Shown piece by piece: positions 31,640 through 41,283 of a DNA stretch of 64,000 nucleotides (positions within the stretch are counted from its first letter, which is position 1; each line of letters opens with the position of its first letter). The stretch comes from an uncultured Campylobacter sp. (GTDB taxonomy: Bacteria; Campylobacterota; Campylobacteria; Campylobacterales; Campylobacteraceae). The stretch lies in the NCBI GenBank assembly GCA_963528355.1, contig CAURUZ010000007.1, positions 15,554 through 79,553 of the forward strand, in the 5' to 3' direction. The position numbers were made by a program, and so were the translations under genes. Below the pieces are notes generated by a model. That model was given only the letters and a program-made list of their open reading frames with translations. It searched no databases and was not told the DNA's origin.

Positions 31640-32131
31640 TTATTTTTTGCCTTGAGTATATGCGAGCTCGCATACGTCGCCCACAGCTTGGCGGCATGGG
31701 ATAGCCGAGATCGAGTTATTGGGCGAGCCGTCGATCACTTTGTCTGAATAAACCAAATAGATTAGCGAGCCCTGCACCGCGTCGTAAAGCCTAACTACAT
31801 GGGTCTTTTTGAAGATCAACGAGCTGCGTTTTTCAAAAATATCCTCTTTTTTCAGCTCCTCTTTGATGATGATTTTAGGCGCTGTCTGCACGCACGAAAC
31901 AGAGGCTTCGGAGCGGTCCTCCTCCACGCCGATGATCTCTTTGGCACCGCCTTTTTTGGCGTAAGAGACGTAGCAGGTCACTCCATCAACCTTAGGATCT
32001 TTAACCGCGATAACTTCGATGCGATCGTCTTTGCCAAAAATTCTAAACGAAGTATTTACGCTACCTACGAGCTCGTAATCGCCCGCGCAAGCAAAAGCCG
32101 CTAAAATCGCTGCTAGAATAAATTTTTTCAT
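31640..32131 (-). CDS. CreA-family protein
   Basis: DPKVDGVTCYVS.AK.GG, EDRSEASVSC, R.SLIFK...V.R.YD, YLVYSDK.IDGSP; ATG at 32131 after AAGGA. Confidence 0.88.
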   Translation of the reverse strand: MKKFILAAILAAFACAGDYELVGSVNTSFRIFGKDDRIEVIAVKDPKVDGVTCYVSYAKKGGAKEIIGVEEDRSEASVSCVQTAPKIIIKEELKKEDIFEKRSSLIFKKTHVVRLYDAVQGSLIYLVYSDKVIDGSPNNSISAIPCRQAVGDVCELAYTQGKK

Positions 32132-32229
32132 AACTATCCTTTGGAATTTTAGTGGCGATTTTATCATTTATAATATAAATATTAAGCAAGTTTTTATAAA
32201 ATACCGCGATTTAAATTTGAAGGAATTTT

Positions 32230-33600
32230 ATGATCGAAGATATCTTTAGAGAATACGATATTCGCGGTATCGTGGGCGAGGAGTTAAACGAGCGCAGCGT
32301 AAAAGCGATCGGCTTCGCTCTGGGCAAACATATCGCAAATTTAGGGCTTGAGCGCGTTAGCGTGGGATACGACGCCCGTCTTAGCGCGGATGAGCTTTTC
32401 GGCTATTTCGTAAGCGGGCTAAATTTTGCAGCTCTACGGGTTTATAATATCGGCTTGCTGCCGACGCCGGTGGGCTATTTTAGCGTTTTTACGCATAAAT
32501 TTGACGCAAACGTAATGATCACCGGCTCGCACAATCCCAAAAATTACAACGGCTTTAAGATCACGATCGGCACCGACAGCTTCTTCGGCGAGGATTTGAA
32601 ACGCCTAGGCGCGCAGGTGCGAGAGCTGATCGGTTCAAATTTTGAAATTCCAACCGATACAAACACCCAGAAGTACGACATCTTAAGCGAGTATTTAGCA
32701 TATTTTGAGAAGGAATTTGCGGCTCTTAAGGGCTTTACCGCGCCTTTTATAATCGACTGCGCAAACGGCGCCGCAGGCGTTACGACTACTAAAATCATCG
32801 AAAGGCTGGATCTAAACGCTAAAGTTTTGTTCCCGCAGCCCGACGGCAACTTCCCAAACCACCACCCAGACCCCAGCGAAGAGAAAAATTTAGCAGATCT
32901 CAAAGCTGCGATGAAGCAAGACGGCGTGAGCTTGGGCTTCGGCTTTGACGGAGATGCCGATAGGATCGCCGTGCTAACTCCGCGCCGTAATATCAAAGGC
33001 GACGAACTAGCCTGCCTGCTTGCTCTAAACATGCACCATCCGCGCATCCTAGGCGAGGTTAAATGCTCTCAAGCGATGTATGACACCATCGATAAGATCG
33101 GCAAAAGCTTCATGGGCAAGACCGGCCACAGCAATATCAAAAAGGCGATGAAGGAGCTCGGTATTGATCTTGCCGCGGAGGTTAGCGGGCATATTTATTT
33201 TAAAGAGCGATATTTCGGCTTTGATGATGGCGTATATGCGATGATGCGCGTGCTTGAGCTCGTAGCTAAAGGATATGATTTAGACGCCGAGCTAGACAAG
33301 CTACCGCGAGTTTTTAGCACCGACGAGATTAAATTTAATACGAGCGAGGAGGCGAAATTTAAGATCATCGAGGCTCTTAAAGCTCAAATCCACGCAGGTA
33401 TCTCGGAGCTGCCGCCCATCCGCGATATTATCGAGATCGACGGCATCAGAGTGCGGTTTGATAACGGCTGGGCGCTCGTACGGGCAAGCAACACCACGCC
33501 TGTGATCGTAACTCGCTTCGAGGCCAGCAGCCCCGAGTTTCGCGACGAGATGCAGCGCGTATTTTTAGGTAAACTAGAAAATTTAAAGGATCAGAGATGA
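32230..33600 (+). CDS. Phosphomannomutase/phosphoglucomutase
   Basis: FREYDIRG, ITGSHNP, FDGDADR, AEVSGH, VRASNT. Confidence 0.96.
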   Translation: MIEDIFREYDIRGIVGEELNERSVKAIGFALGKHIANLGLERVSVGYDARLSADELFGYFVSGLNFAALRVYNIGLLPTPVGYFSVFTHKFDANVMITGSHNPKNYNGFKITIGTDSFFGEDLKRLGAQVRELIGSNFEIPTDTNTQKYDILSEYLAYFEKEFAALKGFTAPFIIDCANGAAGVTTTKIIERLDLNAKVLFPQPDGNFPNHHPDPSEEKNLADLKAAMKQDGVSLGFGFDGDADRIAVLTPRRNIKGDELACLLALNMHHPRILGEVKCSQAMYDTIDKIGKSFMGKTGHSNIKKAMKELGIDLAAEVSGHIYFKERYFGFDDGVYAMMRVLELVAKGYDLDAELDKLPRVFSTDEIKFNTSEEAKFKIIEALKAQIHAGISELPPIRDIIEIDGIRVRFDNGWALVRASNTTPVIVTRFEASSPEFRDEMQRVFLGKLENLKDQR

Positions 33601-33842
33601 ACGAATCTGAAAAGCAAGAGGTTGAAAAAAATATAAAAGAGCTTTTGGCTGCGAGAGCGGAATTTTTTAAATTCTTAGACGAGCGCGTGCCAAAGATCGC
33701 GGGTACCGACGTATTTGATTTCGAGCGTGCAGGCGCGGCTAGCTTGAAAGAAGTTTATGCGAAATTCTACGGATACGACTACGCCGCGCGCAAGCTGCTG
33801 CCATATTTATACCGCACTTATGGGCTAGACTTCGATGTCTGA
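33597..33842 (+). CDS. Small conserved Campylobacter protein (resembles CmeU family)
   Basis: 81 aa, overlaps both neighbours; ARAEFF...DVFDF...YAKFYGYDYA.RKLLP. The family name is from recall only. Confidence 0.65.
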   Translation: MNESEKQEVEKNIKELLAARAEFFKFLDERVPKIAGTDVFDFERAGAASLKEVYAKFYGYDYAARKLLPYLYRTYGLDFDV

Positions 33843-34848
33843 GATCATCTTAGATCGCGCCGCTTATGCGCACAATCTAGCGCAAATCGCCGCCAAAGTA
33901 GGTGGAGCGGAGCGAGTATTTTTAGTAGCCAAGGATAATTCTTACGGCCATGGCTGCAGGCTTTGCTGCGAGGAAGCGGCGAAACTAGGCTTCGTACGCG
34001 CCGTAACGCGAAGTACTGCGGAAGCTGCGCAGATCGCGGATTTATTTGATGAAATTTTAGTACTCTCGCACATTCCACGCGGGGACGAGGACGAGCGGTT
34101 TTACTACGCAATCAACGATATGAGCTACTTCTCGCGTCTTAAACGAGGGCTTAAAATTTATATCACTGCAGATACTGCTATGCACCGCAACGGCATCGCT
34201 GCGAACGAGCTAGATGAGGCGCTTAGGATGTGCAAGGCGGGCGGATTTAAGCTTCACGGCTTTTTCACACACTTTCGCGCAAGCGACGAGCTAAGCGGCG
34301 ATTTTTTCGCACAAAGGCAAAATTTTATAGAATTTAAGCGTCTTGCGAGGCAAAAAGCCGCCACCGCGGGCTTTGAAAATTTAAAATTTCATTCGAGCAA
34401 TTCTGCAGCTATCGAGCGAAGTGCGGGCTTTGAGGACGAATACGTACGCGTGGGTATGGCGCAGTTCGGCTATCCGCAATTTGACGAGAGCCTAAATTTA
34501 CGCCCTGTGCTAAAGCTCTATGCCGATCTAATCAGCTCGCGCGTGCTAAAAAAAGGCGAGCGCGTGGGCTACGGCGCGAAATTTGAAGCGCCACGCGATA
34601 TGAGGATCGGCACATACGATCTGGGCTACGCAGATGGGCTATTTCGCTACGACGGCGAGGGCGAGCTAGCGCTTGCAAGCGGGCAAAAAATGCTCGGAAA
34701 AATGTCGATGGATAGTTTCTGCGCGGAATTCGGCGGAGAGCGAGTTTGCGTGCTGGACGACGCGCGGATTTGGGCAAAACACTTCGGCACGATCGAATAT
34801 GAAATTTTAGTCAAATTAAATTCCAACATCCCAAGGAGATTTCAATGA
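33835..34848 (+). CDS. alr: Alanine racemase
   Basis: VAKDNSYGHG (PLP lysine), DTAMHRNG, VGYG, GYADG, SMD, GTIEYE. Confidence 0.95.
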   Translation: MSEIILDRAAYAHNLAQIAAKVGGAERVFLVAKDNSYGHGCRLCCEEAAKLGFVRAVTRSTAEAAQIADLFDEILVLSHIPRGDEDERFYYAINDMSYFSRLKRGLKIYITADTAMHRNGIAANELDEALRMCKAGGFKLHGFFTHFRASDELSGDFFAQRQNFIEFKRLARQKAATAGFENLKFHSSNSAAIERSAGFEDEYVRVGMAQFGYPQFDESLNLRPVLKLYADLISSRVLKKGERVGYGAKFEAPRDMRIGTYDLGYADGLFRYDGEGELALASGQKMLGKMSMDSFCAEFGGERVCVLDDARIWAKHFGTIEYEILVKLNSNIPRRFQ

Positions 34849-35558
34849 AAGAGCTGCAAGGAGAAAATAACGAGCGTATAGGTTACGACGATAAAGGCTT
34901 ATCCGCGCGAGGCGAGAGCTTTGGCGGAGGAGAGTATCCGCGCCAAAAAGGAGGGCTTCATATCTTAATCAAAGCTCTAATCGTCTTAGTGATTGCGGCG
35001 ATTGCGTTTGCGATATTTGCAGTGCCGGTTTACAACAAGCTCGTAAGCAAAGACGAAGAAGTTAAAGCTGCGTGGAGCCAGGTACAAAACCAATATCAGC
35101 GCCGCGCCGATTTGATTCCAAATTTCGTAGAAACCGTCAAGGGCTACGCTAGCCATGAAAAAGATACCTTAGAAGGCGTCATAAATGCCCGCGCTAAGGC
35201 AACCGCTGTCAATATCAATGCAGAAAGTTTAGCACAAGATCCAGAGGCGTTTGCAAAATTTAACGGCGCCCAAGGTGAGCTTAGCTCAGCCCTATCGCGC
35301 TTGATGCTGGTAGTCGAGCGTTATCCGGATCTTAAGGCAAATCAGAATTTCGCCGAGCTGCAAAATCAGCTCGAAGGCACGGAAAATCGCATCGCCGTAG
35401 CGCGCAAGGACTACATCGCCTCGGTGCAGGAATACAACAAGCTAATTAGGACCTTTCCTACAAACATCATCGCGCGCATAGTAGGACTAGGCGGCATCAA
35501 ACCTAGCTTTAGCGCTGATAGCTCAAGCCAAAAAGCCCCTAGCGTTTCGTTTAAATAA
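34845..35558 (+). CDS. lemA: LemA family protein
   Basis: AWSQVQNQYQRRADLIPN, ERYPDLKANQNF, LEGTENRIAVAR. Confidence 0.95.
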   Translation: MKELQGENNERIGYDDKGLSARGESFGGGEYPRQKGGLHILIKALIVLVIAAIAFAIFAVPVYNKLVSKDEEVKAAWSQVQNQYQRRADLIPNFVETVKGYASHEKDTLEGVINARAKATAVNINAESLAQDPEAFAKFNGAQGELSSALSRLMLVVERYPDLKANQNFAELQNQLEGTENRIAVARKDYIASVQEYNKLIRTFPTNIIARIVGLGGIKPSFSADSSSQKAPSVSFK

Positions 35559-35572
35559 CGCTAAGGAGACAA

Positions 35573-36166
35573 ATGCTAAGCGAGCAGTGCAAGCAAAAAA
35601 TCCACGAGCTAATCACGAAAACCGAAGCCGCAAGCGGTGCGCAGATCGTCTGCGTGGTCGCGCGCGAAGCAAGCGAGGACTGCGAAGCTAGCTATAGCGC
35701 GGCGGCAGTGACGGCGTTTGCGATCGGCATCGTTCTGTGCTTCGTGCCGCAAATAAGCAAAGCTGAGCTACTGCAGATCGTAGCGCTCAGCTTCATAGCG
35801 ATTAAAGCTCTGCTAGCTAAATGCCCCACGCTTTTAACTCTAATCACGCCTAAATCTCGCAGACTTCGGCTCTCGGGCGAGTTTGCGATGCAAAAATTTT
35901 ACGAGCGTTATGGCAGCGTAAAAGAAGCGATAATGTTTTGTGTCTGCGTCCGCGAGCGCTGCGCTCATATCATCTGCGGCGCGCAAGCGGCGGAGTTTAT
36001 CTCTAAGGGTGAGTTTGAACGTATCACGACGGAATTTAACCCCAGCACGCAAGGTCTTGAGCCTGCCGTTTTAAAGGCGATGGACGCGCTGTGCGAGTTA
36101 GCCATGCGAGTGCCTAAAGATAGCGAAAATAACGAGATAGAAGAGACCTTGGTGGAGCTGCGATGA
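35573..36166 (+). CDS. Membrane protein, TPM-domain-related partner of LemA
   Basis: I...EAASGAQIVCVV start, two TMs, ENNEI end; sits between lemA and a TPM gene. Confidence 0.7.
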   Translation: MLSEQCKQKIHELITKTEAASGAQIVCVVAREASEDCEASYSAAAVTAFAIGIVLCFVPQISKAELLQIVALSFIAIKALLAKCPTLLTLITPKSRRLRLSGEFAMQKFYERYGSVKEAIMFCVCVRERCAHIICGAQAAEFISKGEFERITTEFNPSTQGLEPAVLKAMDALCELAMRVPKDSENNEIEETLVELR

Positions 36167-36960
36167 GAGTGGCTTGGAGATTTGCTTTTGCCCTGATGGC
36201 GCTATTTGTAATAAGCGTCGCCGCACCTAGCGAGTATCTAGCCCATCCAAACGGCACCGCCGTAATTGATGAGGCTGGCATTTTACGCCCAGTCGCGAGA
36301 GATAGTCTGAATGAAATTTTAACGACTTTCGATAAAAATTCCACAAACCAGATCATGTTCATAAGCCTAAAATCGCTCGGCGGCTACTCTATTGAGGAAA
36401 TCGGCGTAGAGCAGGCGCGCGCTCTTGGTATCGGGCAAAAAGGGCGCGACAACGGCGTACTGCTGCTCGTCGCTCCGCACGAGCATAAAGTGCGTATCGA
36501 GGTCGGATACGGGCTAGAGGGCGTGCTAACCGATATGCGCGCCAAGAGTATCATCAGCAATAAAATTCTGCCCTATTTTAGGCAGGAGGATTACGAAAGT
36601 GGCGTCATTAGCGGAATTTCAGCGATCATTAGCACGATCGAAGGCAGCGATATAAAATTTGATCCCCTTAACGCCAACGCGCAGCAGGATCCGAGCAACA
36701 AGGACTTTGCGATCTTTATGGTGCTTTTTGCGGTCTTGCTTTTTGCGATACTAAGCCGCCGCGTGACGCGCCACAGTATAAGCGATGAGGATATAATCTC
36801 AAGTGCAGACATCATAAACGAAATCGCGCGCTCATCGCGCATGAGAGGCGGCTCATCCGGGGATTTTGGCAGATTTGGAGGAAATGGCGGTTTTAGCGGA
36901 GGCGGCTTCAGTGGGGGCGGCGGAAGCTTCGGCGGAGGCGGTGCTAGCGGAAGCTGGTAG
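36163..36960 (+). CDS. TPM-domain (YgcG-like) protein
   Basis: IGQKGRDNGVLLLVA, RIEVGYGLEG.LTD, Gly-rich tail GGGGSFGGGGASGSW. Confidence 0.93.
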   Translation: MRVAWRFAFALMALFVISVAAPSEYLAHPNGTAVIDEAGILRPVARDSLNEILTTFDKNSTNQIMFISLKSLGGYSIEEIGVEQARALGIGQKGRDNGVLLLVAPHEHKVRIEVGYGLEGVLTDMRAKSIISNKILPYFRQEDYESGVISGISAIISTIEGSDIKFDPLNANAQQDPSNKDFAIFMVLFAVLLFAILSRRVTRHSISDEDIISSADIINEIARSSRMRGGSSGDFGRFGGNGGFSGGGFSGGGGSFGGGGASGSW

Positions 36961-37016
36961 TTACGGAATTTTATCAAAATTCCAAATCGTAGAATTTTGT
37001 ATAAATTTTAAAATTT

Positions 37017-37214
37017 CTAAATTCGGCTACTGGTGTAGAAAAACAGCATGAGCAGCTTGTCGTTGCCCTCGATCTTTAGTGTGCGCTCGGAGGGGTCGAA
37101 CTTGGAGGCGAGCGAGGCGCCGTCGCTGCTTAGATGGCGCTTCCATCCGTCACAGCCTGCAAGCAGTAGCGCGAACACGGCGGCAGCAACTTTTAAATTT
37201 AAAAATTTAATCAT
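37017..37214 (-). pseudogene. Truncated copy of the TlpA-like lipoprotein (65 aa, ends just before CxxC)
   Basis: First 63 aa nearly identical to 15737-16231, then FFYTSSRI* instead of FFYTSSCGAC. Confidence 0.88.
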
Positions 37215-37801
37215 TTAAAATCCGCCTTCGGGCGCGCTAAACCGGCTTTTAAATTTGCGTTTGAAATTTTAAAATTTACGGCGCGATCTCTGTCGGAATT
37301 TATATCATAATCTGCATTAGAAATTATGTCGCGATCTGCACTAGGGCGTATGTCGTAGTAAGTCATACTTTGGTTTATGCCGTGATCCTTGACGAGATTT
37401 ATGTCATAATCCGCGCTAGAATTTATATCGTGGCATATATTTAAATTTAAGTCTCGATCTGCGTTAAAGTTTATACTTTGGCATGTGCTGCAGCAATGCT
37501 ATAAGGCGTATGTCATAACTCGCGTCGTAATCTGCACTAAAGTCTATATAGTCACCCGCCTCGCAATTCGTACTCGTAGCGTTTCGGTTTTTAAATTTAG
37601 ACTTTTAAAATTTCGGCTTTTTAAATTTTTACCCACTCCGCTCGGTTTTGCATCGGCGCTTAATCTTTCGAGGCAAACGGCTTCGGCGGGACGTGCGCAG
37701 CAAATAGCCGCACCTGCTCGCGTGAGCCTTAGACGAATCCAAAAAGAGCGCGGACAGGCGGTGAAATTTTTAAATTTTAATGTAGCTTTATTTTTCATCA
37801 T
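37211..37801 (-). pseudogene. Frameshifted, repeat-expanded copy of ORF 16228-16584
   Basis: Same N-terminus (MMKNKA..KFKNFTA) and C-terminus (DRAVNFKISNANLKA.LARPKA.F); 1-nt deletion near 37595 and a second frame change near 37500. Confidence 0.55.
37272..37550. repeat. Degenerate 24-bp tandem repeat
   Basis: Units such as aatttatatcataatctgcattag, aaattatgtcgcgatctgcactag, atttatgtcataatccgcgctaga, atttaagtctcgatctgcgttaaa. Confidence 0.75.
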
Positions 37802-37813
37802 GCGAGTTAAATT

Positions 37814-37919
37814 TTACGCATCGGAATTTTGCGCGCCCGCATTTTTGGCATCTTGATTTTCGCCGCTTAAATTTTTAGCGTCCCGATCTTCGCCGCCAGA
37901 ATTTTGCAAGGCGGAATTT
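37814..37919 (-). pseudogene. Orphan copy of the ABC ATPase C-terminal tail
   Basis: SGGEDRDAKNLSGENQDAKNAGAQNSDA* versus SGSEDQSAENSNGENQGAKNSGAQNSNA* at 16597. Confidence 0.75.
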
Positions 37920-38186
37920 CTAAAATTATATTTTTTTGATATTGGAATTTTCTGTAGCCGAAACATTTGTGCCCGTATTTTTGCCATTAGAATTTTCGCC
38001 AATTAAATTTATTCTTTGGAGAATTTTAAATCTGGATTATGCGCCCTATTATTTCATCACATCATCACGGGTTATTTACGTAAAAATTTCACCTATTAAA
38101 AATTTGGACGAAAATTACACCTGCGAAATCTCGATAAAATTTTGCCATTAAATTACGAAACTAAATTCTACCTCGCAATTCCGCCG

Positions 38187-39083
38187 CTATTTCTTGGCGA
38201 TTTTATAGTAGCCGTCCTCAAAAACGACCTTGCCTGCACCCACAAGGCGCTTTAAAAGCTGCGCGCTGGGCTCGTCAAACATCGCTTCCACGTCACTCGT
38301 GCGCTGCGGACGGCGCGAGAGAGTGCGCAAAATTTCATCCTCGCTAAAGCTTAGCCGCTCGCTTGCGTATTTGGGCGCGGCGATGATATTTACGTTTTGA
38401 TTTTCGATGAAAGTGGCTAGATAGCGCAGTTGCGCCTCGCTCACCCCCTGCACGCGGTATGCGGGCGGGCGATCGATCGTGCCGAGATCGACGCGATGCG
38501 GATTGATGCGAGCTAAAGCCGCATTCAGCGCTGCGAAATCCTCCTGCGTGTCGTTGATGCCGCGCACGACTAGGATTTCGATATCAAGCTCGCCGCGAAA
38601 CTCGCGCGCGAAATCCGCGATCGCACTTACGATATCCTCGGCGCCGATACCCGCGTGCGGGCCGTCCACCTTGCGAAAGCTCCTCGCAAGCGCGCTATCT
38701 AGCGAAAATTTGCAGATATCAAGCTTCGCTAACGCCGCGCTGTTTTCTCGCACGAGCGAGCCGTTTGACAAAACGAGCAGCTTCTGCGGCAGGTTCAGCG
38801 CTTTTAGCGCATCCACTAGCTCTGCAAAGCGCGGATGCAGCGTGGGCTCGCCGTTTGCCGTGATCGTGATGACGTCAATGCCCGCATGGCTTTGCAGCGC
38901 GGTTTTCAGCTCGGCGATGACCGGGCCGATCTCACAGGGCTCGCTCATCGCACTCACCGGCTTGCCCGCGCCCAACTCGCAATAGACGCAGTTGAAATTG
39001 CACTGCTTGCGCTGCGGGCTCAGATCGATGCCGAGGCTGCGCCCGAACCTACGCGAGGCGACGGGTCCGAAAATATATCTCAT
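38187..39083 (-). CDS. Radical SAM protein (copy 2, intact)
   Basis: 298 aa with CNFNCVYC; 21 substitutions and no indels relative to copy 1 by manual comparison. Confidence 0.92.
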   Translation of the reverse strand: MRYIFGPVASRRFGRSLGIDLSPQRKQCNFNCVYCELGAGKPVSAMSEPCEIGPVIAELKTALQSHAGIDVITITANGEPTLHPRFAELVDALKALNLPQKLLVLSNGSLVRENSAALAKLDICKFSLDSALARSFRKVDGPHAGIGAEDIVSAIADFAREFRGELDIEILVVRGINDTQEDFAALNAALARINPHRVDLGTIDRPPAYRVQGVSEAQLRYLATFIENQNVNIIAAPKYASERLSFSEDEILRTLSRRPQRTSDVEAMFDEPSAQLLKRLVGAGKVVFEDGYYKIAKK

Positions 39084-39383
39084 TTTTGCTCCATGATTTG
39101 ATTTGCGGGGTTTGTTTGCGCGCAAAATTTTGCTTTAAATTGTGCTTTAAATTTTGCTTCCGCGCACCAAAATTTGGCGCTGCTTTTATGCGAAATTTCA
39201 TTTCTGCGCGCCGCCCCGCTACGGCAAAATTTTAAACTTAGAGTTTTGAATTTATTCTTAAATTTGGGGGGTTGTGCGAAATTCATAAAAAATTCACCTT
39301 ATGTGCAGACGAGCGAGCTTTGAAATTCCAAAATTCCTAGAATTTCGCTAAAATTGCGGGCAAATTTAAAGAAAGGCGAAATT

Positions 39384-40442
39384 TTGACTATTTACGATTT
39401 GGAGCGTCTGCGACTGGACGCGAAAAAGCACGTGGAGCAGCTAAAGTTTATTGTCGTCGTAAGCACGATCGCCTTGTTTGCGGTGTTCGGCGCTATCGCG
39501 TATTTTGCAGATAGGCAGGGCGCGCAGAGCCTTAGCGCGACGATGCTTATGTTGCTGGCGGTCGCCTCGCTCGCCGTAAGCCTTAAAGAGGTGCACTTAA
39601 ACGGCTGGCAAAAGGATCTCATCGGCACGGAAAATATTTTAAAGTTCGGCGCGGTCGCGATCTCGTTTTTGATCTTCAAATACTCCGCGGCCTTACCGCA
39701 GACGTTGATAGGCTTGGCCACGGTCGCGCTCGCGGTGTGGCTAGCAGCGCGGCTTTACGCGCTCGGCGTAAAAAGCATGCAAGAGATCTTTACCGGGCGG
39801 TACCGCCAAAACTACAAGCAGCACTATCTGGCGCCTTTCGTGCGCGAGCTCGGCTACGAATACGTCTCCTACGGCAGCGTGCCGTTTTGGCGCGTGGTGC
39901 AGAGCGATCTGTTCGAGTTTATCGAAAATCTGCACGGCAACGACCGCGTGGGCGGCGCGTGGCAGGGGGTGAGCTTCGAGTTTAGCGACGTGAGCTTTTT
40001 TCATCAAAATTTGCAGCACGAGCTCGTGGGGGCGTTTTTCGTAGCGGAATTTAACAAGCGCATCATCGCGCCCGTTTTCATCTATCCGCGTGAGATGCAA
40101 AATAAACAGCACATTGATCTAAAGCCCGTTGCGATGGATAACGTGGAGTTTGCCGCGCGCTACAAGGTGCTAAGCGATGAGCCGCAAAACGCGATGTACG
40201 TGCTAACGCCCGCATTTATGGAGCGGTTTTTGGCGGTGGGCGACGCGATGGGAGCGCAGATCTGGGCGAGCATCAGAGAGCGGCGGATCCATATTTTCGT
40301 GCACACCAGGCGCGATAATTTCGAGCCTAGCGTCTATGAAAGCGTGCTGCGCCGCGACCCCGCAAGCGAGATAAAGAGCGAAATTTTAAACTTTTTGAGT
40401 ATCGTTAAAATTTTAAAACTGAATGTGAGGATTTGGATTTAA
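39384..40442 (+). CDS. DUF3137-like membrane protein
   Basis: N-terminal TMs, then GND.V.G...GV.FEFSD, G.FFVAEFNK, MDNVEF...Y.V.SD....AMYVLTP.FME; TTG at 39384 after GAAAGG. Confidence 0.8.
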   Translation: MTIYDLERLRLDAKKHVEQLKFIVVVSTIALFAVFGAIAYFADRQGAQSLSATMLMLLAVASLAVSLKEVHLNGWQKDLIGTENILKFGAVAISFLIFKYSAALPQTLIGLATVALAVWLAARLYALGVKSMQEIFTGRYRQNYKQHYLAPFVRELGYEYVSYGSVPFWRVVQSDLFEFIENLHGNDRVGGAWQGVSFEFSDVSFFHQNLQHELVGAFFVAEFNKRIIAPVFIYPREMQNKQHIDLKPVAMDNVEFAARYKVLSDEPQNAMYVLTPAFMERFLAVGDAMGAQIWASIRERRIHIFVHTRRDNFEPSVYESVLRRDPASEIKSEILNFLSIVKILKLNVRIWI

Positions 40443-40614
40443 TAAAATTTGAGCGGTATTTTTGCTAAAAATTTTTAACTCTTAAAAGATAATTTAGTCC
40501 GTCTAGCTCTTTATTAAATTTTGATTTCATACGAGGCTATTTTCTAAACGTTTATCGCTTAGCTGCTTATCAAATTTTTGCTTTACGTCTAAAATTATGC
40601 TCTTTACTCCTAGC

Positions 40615-41283
40615 TTATATAAAAATTTGCGGCTGGATTTTGTCTAAATTTTTTCCCGTTTTTAGTAAAAAATAGGTTTTTAGCTCCTTGTATTCCTTGC
40701 TCGTTAAAATCGAGGCGTCGATAATAAAATGCTTATCGAAGATAATCAAACTATCGCCGCTTAGCATATCCAGCCCAAGCCCCAGCCCGTTTATTATCCT
40801 AAAAATTAGCAATGGAAGCATGCCGAGCCCAAATGCTATCGGTACCACGAATGGGGCTATCGCATAGCCTTTAAAGTAAAAAACGGCGGACATTAAAACG
40901 AAGTAGATCATAACGACGCTAATTACAAACTTTTTTGTGATTGTCGGCAATTGGGGTTGGGAAGGTCCAAAGGTTCGTTTTATCCCCACTATATTTGATA
41001 ATTTTATTTCGAGCAGGACTAAATTCTTCTTCGTAGAAAAATACTCTATGGCGGAATTTTTAAATTTAATATAGCAACTTCCTAGCTCTTTTGGGCGTTC
41101 ATTTAGCTCTCCTGGATGTGGTGGTCTGTATGGTGCAAAATGTGAAAGAAAGTCCAAAATAAATACAATCGGCAGATATAGCTTTATCATCTCTATTGCG
41201 TTGTCTTTGATGATTATCGGATATTTGTCGTAATTCCTAGTTTCGGTCTTTTTTAGCGTAGCGCTGATTTCAAATTTATCCAA
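40615..41283 (-). CDS. Hypothetical membrane protein
   Basis: 222-codon AT-rich ORF with about three hydrophobic segments; start site uncertain. Confidence 0.7.
   Translation of the reverse strand: MDKFEISATLKKTETRNYDKYPIIIKDNAIEMIKLYLPIVFILDFLSHFAPYRPPHPGELNERPKELGSCYIKFKNSAIEYFSTKKNLVLLEIKLSNIVGIKRTFGPSQPQLPTITKKFVISVVMIYFVLMSAVFYFKGYAIAPFVVPIAFGLGMLPLLIFRIINGLGLGLDMLSGDSLIIFDKHFIIDASILTSKEYKELKTYFLLKTGKNLDKIQPQIFI

Larger units (their letters stand above)
37026..37919 (-). repeat. Direct repeat, copy B of 16043-16702, with internal expansion
   Basis: Aligns with copy A at both ends; about 230 nt longer, mostly from 24-bp repeat units. Confidence 0.92.

Noticed and set aside
37272..37550. 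Possible CRISPR array
   Set aside because: Units are contiguous degenerate 24-mers with no invariant repeat or unique spacers, and there are no cas genes in the window.
40440..40612. Tiny minus-strand ORF (MKSKFNKELDGL..., 30 aa) and a protein-like fragment
   Set aside because: Too short, no RBS, no recognisable family.
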